Assembly (NCBI GenBank): GCA_020847375.1
Contig: JADLCB010000002.1
Location: 11,877 to 75,876 of the forward strand
Reading direction: 5' to 3'
Source: Phycisphaerales bacterium
Lineage (GTDB): Bacteria; Planctomycetota; Phycisphaerae; Tepidisphaerales; Tepidisphaeraceae
Length of the DNA stretch: 64,000 nucleotides
Within the stretch, counting starts at the first letter, position 1, and every line of letters starts with the position of its first letter. The translations under genes were made by a program, and so were the position numbers. The notes below the pieces were generated by a model, which searched no databases, was not told the DNA's origin, and was given only the letters and a program-made list of their open reading frames with translations. Positions 27,982-37,457 of the stretch are shown piece by piece.

Positions 27982-30027
27982 ATGAATCGTATCGCCAAAT
28001 GGTCGGTCCGTACCGCCCTGGTACTCGCAACTGCGGCTCCTGCAACACTTTACGCAGCGTCGAATCAGCCCATCGGGCGCGTTACCGCTGCGTTCGGTTC
28101 GGGAAGTATCTTCGCCGAAGAACAAGCCCGACCAGCCGATCTGCACGCGCTGGTCAACAATAATGAACTGATTACCACCGGTCAGGGAGGGCTATCGATT
28201 CTGCTGGCCAGCCGCATCGTCCTGAAAATCGACTCCCATAGTGCGGTGCGCATCTGGGAAGGAACCGGCCAGACCAATATCCAGGTTGATTATGGTACGG
28301 CGCATGTATTTGTTGGTCGTCGGGCAGTTACCAATGGGGTTGTGCAGGTACATGACGGTAATGCGGTAATCGAAGCGACGACTGCGGTTTTCCTGGTCAG
28401 CTATGATCCGGACTCGCGTAAGAGCTATTACGCCTGCGAAGAAAATTCCGTCCTGGTTCGGCCTCGACGCGATGGGATTCAGGCATTCACGCTGGCCAGC
28501 AATCAGCAAGCCCAGCTTGCGGCGGACCAACCGGCAGCCCAGGTGGCGGCGATCAGCGCGCACGATTTTCAGCTTCACAAGCAAAACCTTGAACGCCTCG
28601 GCCAGGTAGCCACCCAGCAAGGCGGGCAGGTGTTCCGTTTGCGTTCGCGCACACAGGACTTGCAGTCGGCGATCAATGCCTTGTCAGCCCAGGGTTGGAT
28701 CGACGCCAACACGCTGGCTGCCAACTTGCGCGGTAAAACCGAACTCACCGCCTCGGGTTTAAGCTCATCGGCAGCCACAGGGCAAACCGCCAGTGATATT
28801 TCCAGCGCCCAACCCAGAACCGATTCAGATAAAAGCTCAGCAGCTCCGAACTTGAGCGTTGTTTCCCCGGTGGCATCGGTAGATTCCTCCACGTCGGTCG
28901 AAGTGGGGTTGACGGGGACCAGCGCTAATAACAGTCTTGAACTACCGACACAGGCAAGCCTTGATTTACCGGTCAGCCAGCCACCGGCAGTGGCTGGGCT
29001 TGACGTGGCGGCTGACACTGCTGCGACAAATTCTGAAATTGACCGTCAGCCTGCCGTGGAGATTCAACCATCCGTCGCCAGCATCGCCCCGCCGGTTGAC
29101 GCTGCAACCCTACCGCCGGTGACCGATATCGGTTTGGCGGCTGGTGCGCAAATCCCAGTTGAAATCCCGACGGTTGCCACCCTGGAGACTTCAGCCGCGC
29201 CGGCCGTGGATGTGCCACCGGCCGCTGTTGCTGCAGTGGCGGTTAATCCTGAGATTGAAGCGCCAGTGGCTTCAGCCGGTCGGCATCCTCACAGGCCAAG
29301 CGATGCTGGTTTGCCTCTGGCAGTTAAACCTGTTGAAACCATCACCATGCCGGTTGAAACCGTGGTGCTGCCACCGCCAGTTGATCTGGGTCTGGATGCC
29401 AGCACAGCCGTTGCGCCTATCTTGGCGAGTGTTGCTCCGGTCAAGATCGAGCCAGCGGTTCAGCCGGTTGTACCACCTGCGGCCGTAGCGCCTCCGGTCG
29501 AAATCACACCGCCAGTTACAGTGGCTGCACCAACTCAAACCGTTGTCCCACCGGCTGCGGTAACACCGCCGGTTGATGTGGTTCCACCGGTTACGGTAAC
29601 GCCGCCACCAACGGATATTGGCGTAACCCCGCCTCCGGTTGTGGCGCCTCCGGTGGTTGTTGCCCCGCCTGTCGTTACTCCGCCGGTTAATGTGGTTCCA
29701 CCGGTTACGATAACGCCGCCACCAACGGATATTGGCGTGACCCCGCCTCCGGTTGTGGCTCCTCCGGTGGTTGTAGCCCCGCCGACCGTTACTCCGCCGG
29801 TTAATGTGGTTCCACCGGTTACGATAACACCGCCACCAACGGATATTGGCGTGACTCCGCCTCCGGTTGTGGCGCCTCCGGTGGTTGCGCCGCCGACAAC
29901 GCCGCCGGTGAGTGTGGTTCCGCCCCCCGTGGTGGAAGTGCCGCCGGTCGATACGATCGTGCCGCCGGTTACACCACCGGTTACAACGCCTGATGTCACG
30001 CCACCACCGACGGACGTGATCAAATAA
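27982..30027 (+). CDS. FecR-domain protein with a long Pro/Val-rich repetitive C-terminal region
   Basis: 681 aa. It has a signal peptide and a FecR-like beta domain (ELITTGQGGLSILLASRIVLKIDSHSAVRIWE). The C-terminal roughly 350 aa are Pro/Val/Ala-rich and include three 38-aa repeats. Confidence 0.7.
   Translation: MNRIAKWSVRTALVLATAAPATLYAASNQPIGRVTAAFGSGSIFAEEQARPADLHALVNNNELITTGQGGLSILLASRIVLKIDSHSAVRIWEGTGQTNIQVDYGTAHVFVGRRAVTNGVVQVHDGNAVIEATTAVFLVSYDPDSRKSYYACEENSVLVRPRRDGIQAFTLASNQQAQLAADQPAAQVAAISAHDFQLHKQNLERLGQVATQQGGQVFRLRSRTQDLQSAINALSAQGWIDANTLAANLRGKTELTASGLSSSAATGQTASDISSAQPRTDSDKSSAAPNLSVVSPVASVDSSTSVEVGLTGTSANNSLELPTQASLDLPVSQPPAVAGLDVAADTAATNSEIDRQPAVEIQPSVASIAPPVDAATLPPVTDIGLAAGAQIPVEIPTVATLETSAAPAVDVPPAAVAAVAVNPEIEAPVASAGRHPHRPSDAGLPLAVKPVETITMPVETVVLPPPVDLGLDASTAVAPILASVAPVKIEPAVQPVVPPAAVAPPVEITPPVTVAAPTQTVVPPAAVTPPVDVVPPVTVTPPPTDIGVTPPPVVAPPVVVAPPVVTPPVNVVPPVTITPPPTDIGVTPPPVVAPPVVVAPPTVTPPVNVVPPVTITPPPTDIGVTPPPVVAPPVVAPPTTPPVSVVPPPVVEVPPVDTIVPPVTPPVTTPDVTPPPTDVIK
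29566..29907 (+). repeat. In-frame tandem repeat, 3 x 114 bp, inside the FecR-domain gene
   Basis: Units start at 29566, 29680 and 29794. Each encodes PPV(D/N)VVPPVT(V/I)TPPPTDIGVTPPPVVAPPVVVAPP.VT. The copies differ by only a few nucleotides. Confidence 0.9.
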
Positions 30028-30363
30028 TCAGTTGCCCGCGACAGACAAACGTGCATCCACGCGCGCTATGACGGTGGCTGATGGAGCGGCGCAATTAGCG
30101 CATGCGTGGATTGTATTGTCGCTGCCAAGCACCGCACCAATCACGGATCAGGCACGAGCAACTGAACATCGATCGCCGCAGAAGCCGTTTTGGCAATTCG
30201 TTGCCGCGGCCATATCCCTTTTCACGACAGGGGCTGTTGACCATAACTACTTGATTGGCCGAGTATTATCGTTTGTGATCCTATCGCCTATTGGATAATA
30301 CTCGACAATCTGAACAGCCTGAGCGACAATATCGGACCAACGCTGGCCTATCATCTTACCAGC

Positions 30364-31491
30364 GTGTGGTGTGAAAAAATTGAGGTACTTGAGCCGGCCA
30401 GCCAAGGCCAGCACAAAAGTGACGTGGAACTAACAATAGCGCTTGAACAACCTGATAAGAGGCTGGCTCTGTTTGGAGCATCCGATCGGCATTTACGAAT
30501 GATTCGTGACACCTTCGCGGTGCGCACGATCAACCGCGACCATGAGCTGAAACTCATTGGCGATACGCAATCGGTGAATCAGGCTGCGTTGGTTTTTGAG
30601 CAACTGCAGAGAAAATTGCGTCGCCAGGACTGGATCAGCCTCGATGAGGTTGGATCGGCGATTGCCCGCGTGATCGAACAATCGCAGGTCAGCACCAATG
30701 GCGCGATCGATATTTACGCTCGTGGCCGCTCGATTGTGCCCAAGACCGAGGGTCAACGGGCATACATCGAGGCTATTTTCGAACATGATCTGACATTCTG
30801 CACTGGCCCGGCGGGCACGGGAAAAACGTATCTGGCGGTCGCAGTGGCAGCGTCAATGCTGAAAAAGGGGACGATCAAACGCATCGTGCTGGTTCGTCCA
30901 GCCGTCGAGGCGGGCGAGCGTCTGGGCTTTTTGCCCGGTGACCTGCAAGCCAAGGTGAACCCGTATCTTCGCCCGTTGTTCGATGCCCTGCATGACATGA
31001 TGGATTTCGAGCAGGTCAAACGTTTCATGGTCAATGATGTCATTGAAGTCATTCCGCTGGCGTTCATGCGCGGGCGGACCCTCAATGACAGCGCGGTCAT
31101 CCTTGATGAAGCGCAAAATACAACCGTCAGCCAGATGCTGATGTTTTTGACGCGCCTGGGACACAACAGCAAAATGATCGTCACGGGCGATTCATCACAG
31201 ATCGATCTGCCCGATGGAACAATCAGCGGACTGGTTGACGCGATGCGTAAATTGCGCGGCATTAAACAGATCGCGACCATCGAGCTGGATAAGGCGGACA
31301 TTGTCCGTCATCGGCTGGTGCAGCATATCGTTAATGCGTATGAGCAGGCGAGTGCTGCTGGCGCTACCGGCGCAACTTCGAGCGTAACGAGCGCCCGACG
31401 ACGCCGGGGCGATCCGTCGGCTTCAGCGACAGTGCCGGAAACTCGTCGGAGACTGCAACCGACAGGTCAGGCATCCGGGAGTGTCGGGTAA
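30364..31491 (+). CDS. phoH: PhoH-family ATPase
   Basis: Walker A FCTGPAGTGKTYLAVA and DEAQNTT. The exact start is uncertain (GTG at 30364). The C-terminus has an Ala/Ser/Arg-rich tail. Confidence 0.9.
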   Translation: MWCEKIEVLEPASQGQHKSDVELTIALEQPDKRLALFGASDRHLRMIRDTFAVRTINRDHELKLIGDTQSVNQAALVFEQLQRKLRRQDWISLDEVGSAIARVIEQSQVSTNGAIDIYARGRSIVPKTEGQRAYIEAIFEHDLTFCTGPAGTGKTYLAVAVAASMLKKGTIKRIVLVRPAVEAGERLGFLPGDLQAKVNPYLRPLFDALHDMMDFEQVKRFMVNDVIEVIPLAFMRGRTLNDSAVILDEAQNTTVSQMLMFLTRLGHNSKMIVTGDSSQIDLPDGTISGLVDAMRKLRGIKQIATIELDKADIVRHRLVQHIVNAYEQASAAGATGATSSVTSARRRRGDPSASATVPETRRRLQPTGQASGSVG

Positions 31492-31522
31492 AAGCAATCG
31501 CGACGTTTGATGATAACAAGGT

Positions 31523-33886
31523 GTGGACATGAGCTGGACATCACTATTTCATCGTTCTCCTGCCAAGCGCCGGGTCAAACCGGAGGAACGCGCGCATTGG
31601 TGGACACGTCTGCAGGCTGATGGAACAGCCGGTTCACTGGGTATAGCAGCGGTGTTCTGTTTTCTGGCTGCCCTTATTTTTGTGTTGCGCGAAGAGGCGC
31701 CGGATCTGCGCGTGCATGACTGGGTGGGCCAGGATATTTACAGCCGGGTCGATTTTGTTTACCGCGATGCCGAGGTACTGGAAGATGCCCGTACCGAAGC
31801 GCGCGATCAGACGCCGCCGATCTACCAGCCGACGGATGTCTGGCAAACGCTGGAACAGGAATTGCGCGATCTGCCGGATGATATGAAAGGGCGCAAGCTC
31901 GACCAGATCGGCACGGCGCTGCAGGCGGAGTTCAGTTATGACACGCCCGCGCTGAAGACGCGGTTGAGCGAGACGGCGGTTACGGCGTTTGACCAGTCCA
32001 CCAACGCCACACTGCGCAACGGTTACAACGATGGTGTGGAAAGTTTCATTCGCACGTTGCGCCCGCTGGTGGTCATCAGCGCCGAACAGCGCTCAACCGA
32101 GATGACACGCCAGGAAAATCTGCGCCTGCGCCCACCGAAGATCGTTCTGAAAGCCGATGCCAACCAGCCCAAACAGACGATTGAATTAAGTCGGGCATAT
32201 CCCCAGCCGGGTAATGACCCGGACAACCGGTTGATTCTGGATGTCAAGCAGACGGCTGCCGCCAGTTTTTCCAGCGCGCTGCAGAACTCCATCGCTGCCT
32301 ACACCCTGAACAAACTGCATCAGACGCCGACATACAAACTGGACACCGACGCCACCGGTCAGGCGCGGTTGCAGGCCTATCAGGCTGTTTCGCCAACGGT
32401 TGGCGATCAGACCAAGAGCACCGGTTCGCTGCTGGTATCACGTGGTCGGGCGCTGAGCGTCAAGGATTTCAAACTGCTGAAGCTGGAGAATGATGCCTAC
32501 ATGTCCACCCTCTCCACGCTGGCGTGGTGGCGGATGAAAATCGGGATGGTGGGTCTGGTGCTGCTGGTCACCATCGCCCTGGGTGGTTATATCAAAAGCT
32601 ACCAACCGCGCATTGTGCGCAATCACGCCCGCGGCCTGGCGATCGCACTGTTGCTGCTGGCCATGCTGTTGCTGGCGCAACTGGCGGCCATTGGCAGCGG
32701 CCCGCTGTATCTGTTCGGCATTGCCCCGACCATGCTGGTGGCGTTTATCCTGGCTATTGCGTATGACAAGCGCTTTGCCATGGGGGTGGCGCTCACCCAC
32801 GGCGTGCTGGTGACAACGGCCCTGGGGCAGGGAATCGGATTTTTCCTGGTGTTGTTCATCGGCATTCTCACCGCGTGCTATTTGATCGATGACATTCGCA
32901 GCCGCAGCCGCCTGATCGAAATCGGGGGCGCTTCAGCCTTGTCGATGATGGTCACAACCCTGGCTGTCGGCGTTACGCAGATTCATCCGGATCAACCCTT
33001 TACCTATGTCGGCCTGGATGTGCTGCTTGTCGGTGCAGCCGGCATTGCGGTGGGATTCTGCGCCCTGGGCATTCTACCGTTCATTGAAAAGGCATTCCGC
33101 ATCACCACGGGTATGACGTTGTTGGAACTGGCTGATGCTTCCCAGCCGCTGTTGCGCCGGTTGAGCATCGAAGCGCCGGGAACCTACAACCACAGCCTGC
33201 AGGTGGCCACCCTGTCTGAAGCCGCTGCCGATGCCATCGGTGCCAATGCCCTGCTCTGCCGGGTCGGCAGCTACTATCACGACGTGGGCAAGATCAACAA
33301 GGCTGATTATTTTGTTGAGAATCAGAACGATGGTGTCAATCGCCATATCAACCTCAGCCCCAGCGTTTCGCTGCTGATCATCATCGGACATGTGAAGGAC
33401 GGCATTGAGCTGGCGCGCGAATACAATCTGCCCACCGTGCTGATGCAGTTCATCCAGCAGCATCACGGCACGACGTTGGTGGAATACTTCTACCATCAGG
33501 CGGTGCAGAAGCAGGATCAAATCGCCTCGGATCAACCGCAGGTCAGCGAAACCCAGTATCGCTATCCCGGCCCCAAACCGCGCAGCCGCGAAACCGGCAT
33601 TGTCATGCTGGCCGACGCCTGCGAAAGCGCCACGCGGGCCATGAACGATGTCACGCCAAATCGAATCGAATCGCTCGTACACGATATCATCCTGCGGCGG
33701 TTGCTCGACGGACAACTCGATCAGTGCGACCTGACCATGCGCGATATCCATGGAATTGAACGAGCGCTGATCAAGACGTTAATTGGCATTTATCACGGGC
33801 GCGTTCAATATCCTTCAACGACCAACCTGACTTCGGGTATCAGCGACAACACCACCAGCGAAGCGGCTGCGGTCAAAACGGCATGA
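31523..33886 (+). CDS. pgpH: 7TM-receptor HD-domain (HDIG) phosphohydrolase, PgpH-like
   Basis: 787 aa. It has a large extracytoplasmic N-domain, 7 TM helices, and an HD domain with HSLQVATLSEAAA...YYHDVGK and QQHHGT. The position after phoH is the classical arrangement. Confidence 0.85.
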   Translation: MDMSWTSLFHRSPAKRRVKPEERAHWWTRLQADGTAGSLGIAAVFCFLAALIFVLREEAPDLRVHDWVGQDIYSRVDFVYRDAEVLEDARTEARDQTPPIYQPTDVWQTLEQELRDLPDDMKGRKLDQIGTALQAEFSYDTPALKTRLSETAVTAFDQSTNATLRNGYNDGVESFIRTLRPLVVISAEQRSTEMTRQENLRLRPPKIVLKADANQPKQTIELSRAYPQPGNDPDNRLILDVKQTAAASFSSALQNSIAAYTLNKLHQTPTYKLDTDATGQARLQAYQAVSPTVGDQTKSTGSLLVSRGRALSVKDFKLLKLENDAYMSTLSTLAWWRMKIGMVGLVLLVTIALGGYIKSYQPRIVRNHARGLAIALLLLAMLLLAQLAAIGSGPLYLFGIAPTMLVAFILAIAYDKRFAMGVALTHGVLVTTALGQGIGFFLVLFIGILTACYLIDDIRSRSRLIEIGGASALSMMVTTLAVGVTQIHPDQPFTYVGLDVLLVGAAGIAVGFCALGILPFIEKAFRITTGMTLLELADASQPLLRRLSIEAPGTYNHSLQVATLSEAAADAIGANALLCRVGSYYHDVGKINKADYFVENQNDGVNRHINLSPSVSLLIIIGHVKDGIELAREYNLPTVLMQFIQQHHGTTLVEYFYHQAVQKQDQIASDQPQVSETQYRYPGPKPRSRETGIVMLADACESATRAMNDVTPNRIESLVHDIILRRLLDGQLDQCDLTMRDIHGIERALIKTLIGIYHGRVQYPSTTNLTSGISDNTTSEAAAVKTA

Positions 33887-33993
33887 ACCGCCGTGCCGGT
33901 GCTTTGCGCCGGCGCGGGAGGAATGAACCGGGGAATCGTCGCGGCGCAGCCAGCACTTGGCGGATCGTGGGCAAAGCGTAGACTTGGATCATT

Positions 33994-35082
33994 ATGCAAC
34001 TGCGCCAAATCGTTGACGTTCTGGAGGAAATCGCCCCGACCCACCTGGCTGAATCGTGGGATAATGTCGGCCTGCTGGTGGGTGACCCCAGCCAGAATAT
34101 CCAGCGTGTCGTGCTGACCATTGATTACACCAGCGCAGTGGCTGAAGAGACGATTGCGCTGGATTGCCAGCTTGTCATTGCGTATCACCCACCTATTTTC
34201 AACCCGATCAAGCGTCTTGTGGCGGGCGGCCTGATCTTCGACGCGGTGCGCCGCGGAATTAGTCTTTATTCGCCGCATACGGCGTTGGACATTGCCACGG
34301 GCGGCACGAATGACATGCTGGCCGATGTTCTGGGTCTGATCGACCGCCAACCGCTGCGCCGATTGGAACCGCGCAGTCGCCATTACAAGTTGGTGACGTT
34401 CGTCCCCGCGGCGCATGTCGATGCGGTCAGCCAGGCGCTATTCAATGCCGGTTGCGGACAAATCGGCGATTATTCGCAGTGCAGTTATCGATCCAACGGC
34501 ACGGGTACTTTTTTTGGCAATGCCCAGACAAACCCAACCGTCGGTCAGTCAGGACAACTGGAGCATGTTGACGAAATCCGTCTGGAACTGCTCGTACCCA
34601 TTCATCACATCCATGCAGCGCTTTCGGCACTGATGCAGTCGCATCCGTACGAAACGCCCGCGTACGATCTGGTGCAACTGGCGGAGGTGTCAACCGAGCT
34701 GGGCATGGGCCGGATCGGCGCGATCAAACCGCTGCCGCGACGGCAGTTGATCGAACATATCCGCCGTGAACTGGCCGTGGATCATCTGCTGGTGGCAGGG
34801 CCTTTGGATGGGCAGGCGACATCCGCGGCGTGCTGCGCCGGGGCATGTGGCAATCTGCTGGATGCAGCCATCGCCCAACGTGCTGACGTTTATCTCACGG
34901 GGGAGATGCGTCATCATGATGCACTCAAGGCTGCTGCCAGCGGGATGACCGTTGTCTGCGCTTTGCACAGTAATTCTGAGCGTCGGGTGCTCAAGCGCCT
35001 GGCTGACCGCCTGCACAATCTGTTGCCTGACGTGCAATTTCACCAAAGCAAAACCGATCACGATCCATTTACGATCGTGTAA
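33994..35082 (+). CDS. Nif3-like dinuclear metal centre protein (YbgI/YqfO family)
   Basis: 362 aa with IAPTHLAESWDNVGLLVGDP and VIAYHPPIF, a central PII-like insert, and C-terminal YLTGEMRHHD. Confidence 0.85.
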   Translation: MQLRQIVDVLEEIAPTHLAESWDNVGLLVGDPSQNIQRVVLTIDYTSAVAEETIALDCQLVIAYHPPIFNPIKRLVAGGLIFDAVRRGISLYSPHTALDIATGGTNDMLADVLGLIDRQPLRRLEPRSRHYKLVTFVPAAHVDAVSQALFNAGCGQIGDYSQCSYRSNGTGTFFGNAQTNPTVGQSGQLEHVDEIRLELLVPIHHIHAALSALMQSHPYETPAYDLVQLAEVSTELGMGRIGAIKPLPRRQLIEHIRRELAVDHLLVAGPLDGQATSAACCAGACGNLLDAAIAQRADVYLTGEMRHHDALKAAASGMTVVCALHSNSERRVLKRLADRLHNLLPDVQFHQSKTDHDPFTIV

Positions 35083-35098
35083 CGGTTGTCGATTGGAC

Positions 35099-36178
35099 TC
35101 ACCCCCCCACCCAGCGGGCGACGAGCGTTCTGGCCCGGGCGGGATCGCGCGTACCGGAAACAATCACCCGGCCGTCGGCAAAAATCGTGAGCATTTCCGG
35201 CGTATCATGCGGATAAAGGCGGACAAAAAAACGATCCTGCTGCACACGCCCGGCGGCCTGCAGGCTCTGCGCCAACTGCGCCAGATTCAGATGCGACGCG
35301 CAACCGGCTGAGGCATGGCTCAAACCCTGGCCCGCGGTGGACGACCGAACCTGCACCGCATCGCGTCCGCACAAGGTGGCAACTGCGCCCGCGGCTGGAG
35401 CGTTAAGAAACACAAAATCTCTTTTCCCGCAGCACGGGCAGGCGTGGCACCGGGCATCCTCAAGCGCCACTCGGCGCGCTTGTCCTTCCCATACGTCCAG
35501 CACGATCAAACCCATCTCCAGCGCGTTGGTTCCTTCAACGAGTATCCGCAAAGCCGCAGTTGATTCCCACGCGCCAACAATCGCCGCAGCCGGCCCCAAC
35601 ACCCCCGCCACATCACATGTCGGCAACTCGCCCGGGACTGGCGGTGTTGGGAACAAACAGCGCAGGCATGGGCCGACGCCAGGCCAGATGGGCATGACCC
35701 GCCCCTGCACCCCCACCACGCCCCCATACACCCACGGAATATTCTGCTGAACCGAAAGATCGTTGATCAGATAACGAATCTGGGCGTTGTCACTGCCATC
35801 GACAATCAAATCAATCTTTTGCCCCTCAACGCTCAGCAAATCGCGGATGTTGCCGCTATCGACATCCATCACCACCGGATCAATCACAACCTGGGAATTG
35901 ATCCGCGCCAGGTGGCGGGCAGCAGCCACCGCCTTGGGCAGGGCATCACGCACATCCGTTTCATCAAACAGCACCTGTCGCTGGAGATTGGTCAGCTCGA
36001 CCAGATCACGGTCAACAATACGGACAAATCCCACACCGGCGCGCACCAGTTGCTGACTGATGATCGAACCCAAAGCGCCGCAGCCGACAATCAACACGCA
36101 GCTATGCGCCAGTTTTTCCTGACCCGCCTGGCCGATCTGTGGCAGTATGGTTTGTCGCTGATAACGCTGGTCAGTCAT
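35099..36178 (-). CDS. ThiF/MoeB/HesA-family E1-like adenylyltransferase with a C-terminal extra domain
   Basis: YQRQTILPQIGQAGQEKLAHSCVLIVGCGALGS (nucleotide-binding motif), RIVDRDLVELTNLQRQ, and two CxxC pairs (CLRC, CPCC). I prefer the start at MTDQRY (36178), because the longer ORF would overlap the ribH promoter region. Confidence 0.8.
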   Translation of the reverse strand: MTDQRYQRQTILPQIGQAGQEKLAHSCVLIVGCGALGSIISQQLVRAGVGFVRIVDRDLVELTNLQRQVLFDETDVRDALPKAVAAARHLARINSQVVIDPVVMDVDSGNIRDLLSVEGQKIDLIVDGSDNAQIRYLINDLSVQQNIPWVYGGVVGVQGRVMPIWPGVGPCLRCLFPTPPVPGELPTCDVAGVLGPAAAIVGAWESTAALRILVEGTNALEMGLIVLDVWEGQARRVALEDARCHACPCCGKRDFVFLNAPAAGAVATLCGRDAVQVRSSTAGQGLSHASAGCASHLNLAQLAQSLQAAGRVQQDRFFVRLYPHDTPEMLTIFADGRVIVSGTRDPARARTLVARWVGG

Positions 36179-36269
36179 GGTATGAATCGTTGGTTCCACT
36201 ACTGATTTTACCGCCAAAACGCCTGGCGGCACTTGGCAACACGCGCCATCTTCGCATACTCTCGACGAT

Positions 36270-36749
36270 ATGAGTATCCAAGCGCCTGCTTTCGTGCCCG
36301 ATGATATTCCGTCCAGCGCCCGTATTGCCATTGCCGCAGCCCGTTTCAACGAAACGATCGTCAACCAACTGCTTGATGGTTGCCGGGCGCGGTTGGGTGA
36401 ACTGGGTGTTGGCCAGGAGCGCGTCGTAGTCGAGCGCGTTCCCGGCGCTTTTGAACTGCCGCTGGCTGCGCTGGCGCTGGCGGAAACGCGCCGATATGCT
36501 GCGGTGATCTGCCTGGGTGCGGTTATTCGCGGCCAGACGCCACATTTTGATTATGTTGCCGGTGAGGCTGCCCGCGGCATACAGGACGTTGCCCTGCGCA
36601 CGGGTCTGCCAATTATTTTTGGCGTTTTAACCACCAACGACGAGCAACAGGCGTATGACCGTCTGGGCGGCAGTCACGGCCATGCCGGCCAGCGCGCCGC
36701 CGAGGCAGCGCTGGAAATGATCGCACTACTGCACCGGATCAAATCCTGA
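36270..36749 (+). CDS. ribH: 6,7-dimethyl-8-ribityllumazine synthase
   Basis: 159 aa with IAIAAARFNETIVNQLLDG, VPGAFELP and GQTPHFDYVA. Confidence 0.95.
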   Translation: MSIQAPAFVPDDIPSSARIAIAAARFNETIVNQLLDGCRARLGELGVGQERVVVERVPGAFELPLAALALAETRRYAAVICLGAVIRGQTPHFDYVAGEAARGIQDVALRTGLPIIFGVLTTNDEQQAYDRLGGSHGHAGQRAAEAALEMIALLHRIKS

Positions 36750-36802
36750 TTGCCCCACGAGACACCGACATCATCTCACCAGTCCATTACGGCGCCCGCC
36801 CA

Positions 36803-37357
36803 CTATAACCCGCGTCGCCGGGCCATTTCCCGGCCGATTCCCGCCAGTGCATCGGAACCGAGCACCTCGCCGGCGAGTGTAAAAACCTGCTGATCCTCCA
36901 GCTCGATGTGCTGGGCGTACAACCGCTGCAATTCCTGCAGAAGTTCGCGCAACTGCTGCAATTGATCAGCCGCCAATGTCCCTTCCTTCAGCCACTGCTC
37001 AAAAATCTGGCGAACCCGATCCAGCCCGGCGTTGGTCGTCTGATGATCCGCTTCCAACTGGTCAAGGCGGTCCATTGTGCGGGCAACGCGCTGATCGGTC
37101 TGGCTGAGCTGACGCAGACGTGGGAAAAGCGACTCCTCCTCATCGGCATTGTGGCGCGGGGCAGCATGATGAAAATAATGCAAACTCGTCTGCACGGCGC
37201 GACGATGCTCCTCATCCAGCACCTGCCCCGCCTGCCGACTCATCGCCACCTTGGTCAGAATCCCCAGAAAATTCTCGATGCGGCGATGACAATCCGACAA
37301 CAACCCCAGCGGTTCATTGAAATCAGCCTGCGGTTTGGCTCCTAATTTTACGGGCAT
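36803..37357 (-). CDS. Hemerythrin-domain protein
   Basis: 184 aa with LLSDCHRRIENFL and HNADEEESLFP, H/E ligand patterns typical of hemerythrin-like cation-binding domains. Confidence 0.7.
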   Translation of the reverse strand: MPVKLGAKPQADFNEPLGLLSDCHRRIENFLGILTKVAMSRQAGQVLDEEHRRAVQTSLHYFHHAAPRHNADEEESLFPRLRQLSQTDQRVARTMDRLDQLEADHQTTNAGLDRVRQIFEQWLKEGTLAADQLQQLRELLQELQRLYAQHIELEDQQVFTLAGEVLGSDALAGIGREMARRRGL

Positions 37358-37457
37358 TTTTAATCATCCTCACTTTCAACGTGCGGCGTTGATCACAAGC
37401 GCACTGGTTCAATTCAATTTCGTTTAGCACCGTTGAACCGACGCTGCGATCGCAAGG

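Noticed and set aside
29535-30056. 173-aa Gly/Thr-rich minus-strand ORF
   Set aside because: It is the mirror image of the Pro/Val-rich repeat region of the FecR-domain gene. Its repetitiveness is inherited from the plus-strand coding repeat.
30032-30298. 88-aa ORF in the 336-bp gap between the FecR-domain gene and phoH
   Set aside because: It has a TTG start, no RBS, no motif, and an Ala/Thr-rich composition typical of random GC-rich frames. The region more likely holds the phoH promoter and leader.
35099-35200. The E1-like ThiF/MoeB protein ends in ...ARWVGG. Could it be a fused ubiquitin-like (ThiS/MoaD) domain with a reactive Gly-Gly terminus?
   Set aside because: As far as I recall, the preceding segment (LTIFADGRVIVSGTRDPARARTLVARWVGG) resembles the conserved C-terminal domain of Bacillus-type ThiF/MoeB proteins, which end ...Y(I/L)G. 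The terminal GG is therefore most simply a coincidence. Only a structural prediction showing a beta-grasp fold would revive the idea.
36179-36269. FMN riboswitch upstream of ribH
   Set aside because: Only 91 nt separate ribH from the divergent thiF-like gene, which is too short for an RFN element of ~140 nt or more. None of the conserved RFN helices or motifs were visible.
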